A DNA stretch of 64,000 nt. Origin: a virus. Below, in pieces: positions 27,628 through 36,100 of this stretch. The stretch's first letter is position 1, and the number at the start of each line of letters is the position of its first letter. The notes under the pieces are model-generated. The model ran no database searches. It saw only the letters and a program-made list of their open reading frames with translations, and was not told where the DNA came from. The stretch covers positions 64,001-128,000 of IMG/VR virus record IMGVR_UViG_3300049846_000568; one strand, 5' to 3'. The position numbers and the translations under genes are program-made.

Positions 27628-27986
27628 TATACCTCTTCCTCCAGGAAGTCATCAAAGCCTCTAAAGATGCCAACGCCCTCTTCGGGGTCGTATTCGTAGA
27701 AAGCAGGCTCAGTAAACTTAGTAGCACGATCGTTGAAGGTTCGCTTGTTCCAAACCAGTCCACCATGATCCTTGGTTAGGAACTTGATCTTATCAGCAAC
27801 AAATGTGATGCTGCGGTTTTGTGGGTGCAGGATGATAGCCAAACCCTCACCAGCTACAATCTCAACGTCACCAGAGTCCGTCAACCTAACAAAAGCGTTT
27901 GTGAACTGATGCGTAATGCCCACCTCCGTGGGACTATACCGCTCATGCTCTGCGATCTTGAATGTAGGTCTTTCAATCCTGTCCAT
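27627..27986 (-). CDS. Baseplate spike-associated protein
   Basis: Beta-rich (FVRLTDSGDVEIVAGEG); lies between the spike-like and wedge genes. Confidence 0.55.
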   Translation of the reverse strand: MDRIERPTFKIAEHERYSPTEVGITHQFTNAFVRLTDSGDVEIVAGEGLAIILHPQNRSITFVADKIKFLTKDHGGLVWNKRTFNDRATKFTEPAFYEYDPEEGVGIFRGFDDFLEEEV

Positions 27987-27994
27987 TACACATC

Positions 27995-28366
27995 CTACAT
28001 ATTGAGGTAAAACTGGGATACGCCGCTTCTTGCATCTGTGTGACGATAGTAGTCTCTCTTCTGGTACAGATGATTAAAGAAGTGCGTGATGACGGGTCGC
28101 GACTCATTCCTTGAGCTTAGAAAAGTGACAAAACAGGGTCTGCCTGGCTCCGGTGCCGCCATTTGTAGCCCCATATATGTCGGGCAGGGGACCTTATCTA
28201 GAATCTGTTGAATACCATCAGAATCTGGGGCAGACAAGATAACAGTGGCGGTATTGTTATTGGGATCATAGGAACTAATGATACCATAACGCGGAACCGG
28301 CGACCCCATATGCCGCTGGGCGGCCTTGTCGTCAATATACTTGTCGAACTTAGGATAGTTTGCCAT
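27995..28366 (-). CDS. Baseplate spike/gpV-like OB-fold protein
   Basis: GIISSYDPNNNTATV...VPCP...PEPGRPCFVTF...PVI follows the gpV/gp45 N-terminal pattern. Confidence 0.65.
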   Translation of the reverse strand: MANYPKFDKYIDDKAAQRHMGSPVPRYGIISSYDPNNNTATVILSAPDSDGIQQILDKVPCPTYMGLQMAAPEPGRPCFVTFLSSRNESRPVITHFFNHLYQKRDYYRHTDARSGVSQFYLNM

Positions 28367-28377
28367 CTATATAGTAC

Positions 28378-29241
28378 CTACTTAATCTGTATATGCACGT
28401 GGTTAGGATTGTCTGGAAAGTCGTAGACATTCTTACCGTTTGCTGGCGGTAGTGGAGTGCTTCTGGTTCCTCGCCCAAAGCCAATACTCCAGGATGTGTC
28501 CATCATATCAATAACGGCAGAAACTAGTTTGTTTGCTAGTTCGTCACTGCCATTCGTCTGCTTATGGTCAATGTAATCGATGTCGATACAGAATCCCGCG
28601 CCATGAGATGTTGGACTCTCTGGACGGATAAAGGAACTGATCTGAATTGGGAACTGATCTGCTGCACCAACAACTAATCCGAGAAGGCGAACATCTACTT
28701 CGGTCTTACCCATACTGAGGGGGACTGAACCACCATTAGCGAGTGTTTCGAATTGGCCACGTGGATTACCTGGGTCAAACGTAATGTTGGGATGGGTGAT
28801 AATCTTCTGAGCAAGGTCCTGAACCTTACCAGAAACGAACTTTCCTGTTCCACCTACATACGTTCCGGTAGGTTGGGTAGACGAAGCCGAAGTATATGCT
28901 GTTGATGCGATATTCCCAGCCTTGGATGGATCAGGGTCGGCATAAACGACATCATATGGATTAAGCTTGTCGTCTCGCCTCGTGAACAAGGTTTCCTGCC
29001 CCATTGCCCCGAGCTCCTTGCTGAGCTCCTGATTAAATGCGTCATATGTGGCACCGGTGGGCTTATATAGGGCGACACCCTGGAGAGCATCGGAGATGCT
29101 ATATGTAGTCATGGCTAGAATAGGCTCACTGCTCTGTGATTGTGTGGTCTTCAGTGGAGTTCTACCTCCCTGATTTTCTACCTGCGCTTTTGCAAAAGTC
29201 TTTGCGTCTTTGAAGTCGCCCAAAGAATAATTGAAACCCAT
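28378..29241 (-). CDS. Virion-associated Zn peptidase (M15/LAS-like) with shared N-terminal domain
   Basis: SSFIR...SHGAGFCIDID (H-x6-D) and C-terminal NHVHI (HxH). N-terminal ~105 aa paralogous to the next gene. Confidence 0.7.
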   Translation of the reverse strand: MGFNYSLGDFKDAKTFAKAQVENQGGRTPLKTTQSQSSEPILAMTTYSISDALQGVALYKPTGATYDAFNQELSKELGAMGQETLFTRRDDKLNPYDVVYADPDPSKAGNIASTAYTSASSTQPTGTYVGGTGKFVSGKVQDLAQKIITHPNITFDPGNPRGQFETLANGGSVPLSMGKTEVDVRLLGLVVGAADQFPIQISSFIRPESPTSHGAGFCIDIDYIDHKQTNGSDELANKLVSAVIDMMDTSWSIGFGRGTRSTPLPPANGKNVYDFPDNPNHVHIQIK

Positions 29242-30143
29242 TATGAAGTACCCCCTCTAACTTTGTTCACCGCATCTATTGCAGCGGGTAGGTATTTCCG
29301 TACGTCCAAATCTGGTCTGCTACCGTCCGCAGAAGTGCCATCGGGATTGGTTGCCCAAGGTCTTAAGTTTGTGCCGCCTTTAGACAAGAAATACATAGCT
29401 TTGGCGTTAGTCCAAGGATCGGTAAGGTCCCTAGCACGCCATTCTGTCAGATACTGCGGTAGCATGGCGCCATCAATGACATTGAACTGCCAAAGACCCC
29501 AAGAATTATCCCCTGTTGAGGCATTACCATTATGCGCTTGAGAGTTACCTGAGGACTCACGCTGAGAAATCGCAACAAACAAGGCAGCTCTGTTCGGATC
29601 AGTAATGCCAACGGACAAAACCAGATCAGCTCTCTGCTCCATTGTTAGTTGACCGGCTGGCCAGGACTTGCCAGGTGGCGGAGTAAAGACCTCTGTGCCG
29701 GGACCGGGATTCGGGTTAATGCTAGTACCGGCGCCACCCCCCTCAACTGATGGAGCTGCAGGACCACTTGATCCGGGTGGCATTGAGGAGCTTCCATCCT
29801 GTAGGGTGATGCTGCCAAGCGTAGATGGATCTGGATCTCTCACGAAAACATCATAAGGAGTAAGCTTGTTGTCTCTAAGTTCCCACCGAGCCTCAAGCCC
29901 CATATCACCAAGTTCCTTACTTAACTCCTGATTAAACGCGTCATAGGTTACGGCGGGATGCTTGTAAAGAGCCATGCCCTGCATGGCATCAGAGATGCCA
30001 TAGGTGGTCATAGCCAAGACTGGCTCATCACTCTTAGATTGGGTGGTGTGGAGACCTTTCATGACCCCCTGTTGTTCGACCTGGGCCTTAACAAAGGTTT
30101 TGCTGTCTTTTATGTCTCCAAACTTGAAATTTACGTCGCCCAT
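29241..30143 (-). CDS. Virion-associated lytic transglycosylase (SLT/Rpf-like) with shared N-terminal domain
   Basis: AISQRESSGN...SWGLWQFN...LTDPWTNAKAM...PW; Pro/Gly linker after the shared domain. Confidence 0.8.
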   Translation of the reverse strand: MGDVNFKFGDIKDSKTFVKAQVEQQGVMKGLHTTQSKSDEPVLAMTTYGISDAMQGMALYKHPAVTYDAFNQELSKELGDMGLEARWELRDNKLTPYDVFVRDPDPSTLGSITLQDGSSSMPPGSSGPAAPSVEGGGAGTSINPNPGPGTEVFTPPPGKSWPAGQLTMEQRADLVLSVGITDPNRAALFVAISQRESSGNSQAHNGNASTGDNSWGLWQFNVIDGAMLPQYLTEWRARDLTDPWTNAKAMYFLSKGGTNLRPWATNPDGTSADGSRPDLDVRKYLPAAIDAVNKVRGGTS

Positions 30144-33100
30144 TATTTCGGTCCAAGGATTGCGCCTCTATCGAGATCGTTTAGAGTTAACTTTGTGGTG
30201 TCGACATCTGCGTAGCCGGCCATAATCATCTGCCAGTTAGCGGTGTATGGCAGGCCGTTGTCGAGATATCCATCCCAAGCTGCAGCCGGAACTGGAGATG
30301 GCTTCCAGCCACCATTACCGTCTGGTATACGCCCCGCCTGAGCCATCAGAACTTCTTCCCTTGATACGTCGGGGGCATCGGGGGCGTTGTGGAATACCAC
30401 GGCCAGCTCACGACCCCAGTGCTCTTGCGGCCTCGACTTCAGTTGGCGCACCACCACAACAGTACCCACCGGTATGATAGACTCCAGGTATTCTTTGGCT
30501 CTAAGGCCAATGTCGTCTTCTGGGACATATTCTGGGTTCTGGTGATTCGCAAGCTCGGGGGCTCGAACACCAGAAAGACGGAAGCTCAATTCGACATTTG
30601 CCCCATTGGCGGCTAGATCGCCACCAACAACAATGCCGTTAAGGGTATCGCCGTCTTCTACCTTTGTTACACGCATAAGAGAAACAATATACTGCTCATC
30701 AAGCATTGGGCCGTCAGGGGATAGACCTGCGATATCTAGGATATGACCCTGAGTTTGTGCAACCCACCAACTCGTCTGCTTATATGCTAGAGCAGTATCT
30801 ACCTCATTCCAGCCTAGATTGCTTAGCAGTTCATTAACCGTAATGCGGCCGTCAGTATCGACGCGAATACCTAAGATGTTGGGGAGCAGCTCTATTGTAT
30901 GGAAGCGACCAACCGCAACACCTTGAGCATATGATAGTCCGGCGTCCATGGGCTGACCATCCTTTGTAAGGTACTGGATATAGCAGCCGTGTTGATCTAG
31001 GAGGTTGTCCTTTACCCAGCTCCAAATATCCCAACCAAGATCCTTGAGAAGTCCAATACCAGGAATATTGCCAGCCTGTAAAGCTAGAAGATCCGTATTG
31101 TTCGGATTACCACCCTGAGGCCCGAGGGGCAATCCACCCTTCTGCTGATCCGCTGCTTCGCCCTGGCTCTTAACTTCTTCAAGAAGCTTCATACGATCTG
31201 CTTCTGTCTGATATAGACCTGTCGCCTTTGCCGCAACGAAATCCTTAACAATTGCATTTGCGCCACCATCATACACGGTGTGCCCAATCATTGGGACCGA
31301 GAGCATTTGTGCAAGGTCTGCTGTTGTGATCCAATCACGAGTTCTAAGGATGCTTGTATCGTCTGCAAAAACGCCCATGTGGTGCCGTGTATCGTCGCGA
31401 ATGTTCTTCGCACCAAACAATGCCGTAATCCACTTCGTAAACGTCCATCGAGCTGGGTCGTTGATTGTAACAAGCGCATTTGGTGTGATGGCGGTTATGA
31501 ATCCCTCTTCCGGAGTGAAGTGGTGTGTAACAGCCTCAACCTCAACAAGACCATACATGCGCTCGTAAACGTCTGCGATATAAACCAAGTCGTGAGCCCT
31601 AATGTCTGGATCTCCCAGCACGAAGATCTCACCCTGGTAGATATCTTTCAGGCTCTCCTTCAAATGCCACAACGCAATACGCTTAGACAGTAGCTCATCT
31701 GAAGATCCTTGAGCTGCCTTACTATAGCCTCTCAGCGTTTCGATTGGATTCATTAGTGGGTGAAGGAACGAAAAGAAGCCCTCACCATTTGCGTTATCCC
31801 AATAGATACCAGTCTCAACGGCCTTCTCGTTCTGAAGGTTAGACTGAATACCCTTGTCAAAGTACACGGTTACTGGATACTTACCATCAGAACTTGCCGT
31901 AACGACTGTAGATACACCATTTAGATTTTCCTGAATACCGTTGCCAAGGATGTGTTGGAATGAATCGATATAATGCAGCCTCTGGAACGGTTCGCGAATC
32001 TCGATAACTGGTTCACCATACTCACGGGTGAATGGATTGTCCACCATCTTCAGTAGGTCGGGCCTGCCATCGGGTAGGTAAGAGCCCTCGGCGTAGTAGA
32101 TGGAGTCGTTTAGCACTCGATTAAGGACTCGAGCCTGACGCTGCATGTTGCCGACCATATCAAGGCCATAGCCCAGCTGCTGGATCTGGCCGCGGAAGAG
32201 AGCAATGAGACCCTGCAGTGAGTTAGCGGAGACCGAAAGCAGTCTGCCAATTGTATTGTTGTATGAGTTAGAGAGGTCTTCAAGCCGTCGAGCTAATGGG
32301 TTCTGAGACTTCTTGCCTGGATCTGAGTAATCTTGCAACCACTTTAGTAACTCCGTTGCACTATCTGATAGTTCGCCATTTGGCCCCCTATCCCACTTCT
32401 TTGTCCAATCGGTAATTGGACCCTTAACCTCCGTATTTGATAGTGGGTCTGAGCCGTGGAATGCATCGCGAGCTGTAATCCTCAGGAATTCCTTCCAAGC
32501 CAGACGCACACGGCTATTCCCAAAATCGCACAATTCATTGGCATTTACGGCGTCGGTAAGTTCTTCTATCTTGCCCGGAGGAATAATGAACGCTACTGGA
32601 CCAAGAACGGCTGTCGCTCCCGCCTTTGCTAGTCCCTGACCAAACCAGTTACCGGTGATAAACTCGACACCAGTAGCCAGCATTGAATCCGTTGGCAGGA
32701 TAGAGGTGTTGAAATCCGTCGTGACCACAAGCCAAGCCCTAGCATACGGGTGCTGCCACAGGAACTTCTTGAACGTACCAACAAGAAGAGTTGGTAGATA
32801 GTCATACTTATCATCAGCGCGATCGGGATCATATTCGTCAATGGATCCGTCAGCCCAAATGCTAACCCTGGCCCCAGGCGGGTTCTTTGATGCCGCCTGC
32901 CAATAGGCTTCCTCTTCGAGGGTATAACGTCCAGCATTATCTACGAGTGGGTCGTACTTGTCGTCGCCTTCTGCTGGAGCGAATTCTTTCTTTGTCTCTG
33001 GGTCAGCATCGAAAAGGTAATCTCTACGAGTCTTCCAGGGACTTTCCTTAATCTCCGCTATCACCCCATACTTGTCCCCTTTACTGCCAATACCCCAGCT

Positions 33101-36100
33101 CTGCCGGAACTGATCCCAAATCATCTCAGCCAATTGAACAACATCGCCAGGCTTAACATCATCTTTGGCGGTAGGGTCATTTGGATCCTGCTTCTGGTCT
33201 AGCTGACCAAGATCGGTAAACGCACTACCGAAATCAAGTTCGGTTGACCCCAAAAGGGCCTCTTTGCCTAGAACACCTTTCTTGACCAGTGTGTGAATTC
33301 GCTGGGCGTACTCCCGATCATAAAGCAGTCTGGCGTAATGACCTACTGGGTCAATATCCGCTGCTCGCTTTACGGACTCAATTGGATCCTTCTTTTCGTC
33401 TTCATAGTGTTCTACAACACTCCAAACATTGATGTTTGAACTTAAATAGCCTCTCGTATAAGAACTAAACGCCTTAGGGTCGGCGCCGGGAGCAAGTACG
33501 TTTGCGTATGCTTTCGTTGCCGTTGAAAGTATGACGTTGGCGGTATTGACCTCTCCACCTGAACCACTCTTACTATCCGGGTTTTCAGATGCTGACGCCG
33601 TACCCGAAGTTCCGCTGGACGAGCTACCGTCAGTTGGTCCGAGCTTTGTGTTTTGGGGAACAAAACCAAAAAAGCAGACAGAATCATCGGTGCCAGTGCC
33701 AACACCATCAAGGCCAAGGGCATACCAGCAATCTGGGGACATACCGGCCACAATCTTTAAATCGCCACCAGGGCCATAATCACCTATGGCAGCGATAACT
33801 ATCTTGCCGGTTTTCCTACTCTTAATGGCTACACGCTTACCCCTATAATCTTCCTGATTGTGGCCCGGTATCTTTGGGTTGCCCTGTTCAGTCGACTCAA
33901 CGTATGGCCAGCGCATGTTGAAATACCACTGCTCTTCTTCTGGTCCAAAACCGGGCTGATTGAAGTACATAAAAGCACCGTTCTGACCAGGAAGGTTAGG
34001 GTCCTGCGCATCTGGATCGAAACCTGGATCGCCGCCACGAAGACCGCCCACCCTATCCATATACCGCGGATGCTTATGCTTATCTGGAAGGTTCGAACTC
34101 TGTAGGTGCTTACTAACATCGGCCTGAAGATCTGGGTCTGTCGGTAGATGCATTTCCATGACTGTCGGGCCCTGGCGGAATGGGAGCTTTACCTTAGAAT
34201 TTGATTCTTCTGTTATTGGCTTTCCGCTACCGTCAAGGAATTGTGGTAGCCCCTCTACATCGGCGCCAGTGTACGGCATTCCAACATTAGTCTTAGCCGG
34301 GTTCACCGCAGTAACCTCATTTAGAGACTGGAAAAGCTTCTGCTGGGCCTCAAAGTCCGCCAATGGGTTGGCCATGTTGCGCATTTTCTCTAGGAGCCTA
34401 CGCTGCTCTTCGTCTGGAGCGATTGGCTTTACGCTCTTATCGTCCTTCGCAATACCGGTTGTTACCGGAATGACACCAGAAGTATATAGCCAATGTGGCT
34501 TACCGTAGAAGACTGTAGATCGATCCTCAAATGGTCGAACCGCAACAACATAGTTTGGTAGTAGTGCTGCACAAACCTGGAATAGATCCCATACTGACTT
34601 CATGTATGTCTGGGCGCGGAACGACACCTCATCAAAACCCTTAAGGTCATCGTCGTGGTGGTTTGTAATACCAAGAGCGTTGAGTAGTGGGTTATCATCA
34701 AGATCTCCATCCATTACCTTGTTGAAGAGATCCCAACCAGACTTAGCTAACCCATAAGTACCAAACGTTACACCGTTGACATTCGCTTCAACAAACCCCC
34801 CTAAACTTGGTCCAGAGTCTTGTGTCTGGTCTTCTTTCTTCTGCTCGTCTTTCTGGGTGTCTTGCGTCCCAGTTTGGCCCCTCTTAGCTCGCTCGATATC
34901 TGCTTTACGCTTGACTTCTGGAGACTTAAAGATGGGTGCCTGTCCACCATCTGCACCCGCGGCCTCAGCGATCATGATACCGGCTTCTGGGAAATCACCA
35001 CCAAGATACTGCGCAATACCGGTACCGTTACCAGGATAAATGTTACGCTTGAAGATCTCGTAGTCCCTATGCCTAAACGAGTTTGCCCAAAGCTGTGTCA
35101 TAATGGCAGCTACGCCAGTTCTTGTACTAGAGTCATTACCGACAAGGTTATCCCACCCACCAGACTTAGACGCTCCAGGGGCAAATGGGTCGTCACTGCC
35201 CGTATCTGGCTTTGCTGCCTTAATGGCCTCTGTTACATAGAGAACCCTCTCACCCTCACCACTAGTCATCTCCTCGTAAAGAATCTGACCGAAGTGGCGA
35301 ATACCAAACTTATTCTCGGAGAAGATCTTGCCATTGTGAGCATTGGCGAAAGTCTCTCGGAACGTGCTTGACCCCATACTAAGGAGGCGAACCATAAGAT
35401 CTCGTGGCTCAGACAACCAAAGACCGGTGTTTATACCGCCGTCAATACCTCCAGAGTCACCGTCCTTATCGGTGGTGTTAATGTATGGAGACAACTCGAT
35501 ACCATCGCCCTGAGCAACAACCTCAACAATGTCACCCTGCGTTACCTGTGTAATCGTTCCGTTGAAGATCGTCTGTAGCGAATTTGGGTTGGCGCTGTAC
35601 CCAGCGCGAAGATGAACACGAACACCTGGCTTTAGACGAATGCCGGCCAGATCTCTAATGTAATTGTTTTGGGTACCAGATAGTATATTGTCGGCGCCTT
35701 GGTCAAGTTTTGTTATGATCTGCTTATCAAGTTGTTGATCAATGGTGTTCGGATCATTTAGGATTTCTGCCAATGAAGGATTATTAGGATTAAGATCAAG
35801 AGATGTGCCATCTTCATTAACTCTGACCATTCGACTAGAAGGAGTATCAAGCTTTGAGTACATGTTGGACAAACGAAGCGTCATGACGTCGCCAAGGACG
35901 TCCTCAGACGAATGTACGGAGAAGTCGATAACCGACTGTAGCCCATAGAAGTTGTCGAACAACTTGGTACCAGCAAAGTTGCCGCCCTCATCGATTAGCC
36001 ATAGCATGTACGTTGGGAAGGCGCGGACCATACGACCAGAACGACTACGATACTGAACGTCTTCGATCATCTGCTGCACCTGGTACATTGGGTCGTTGCG

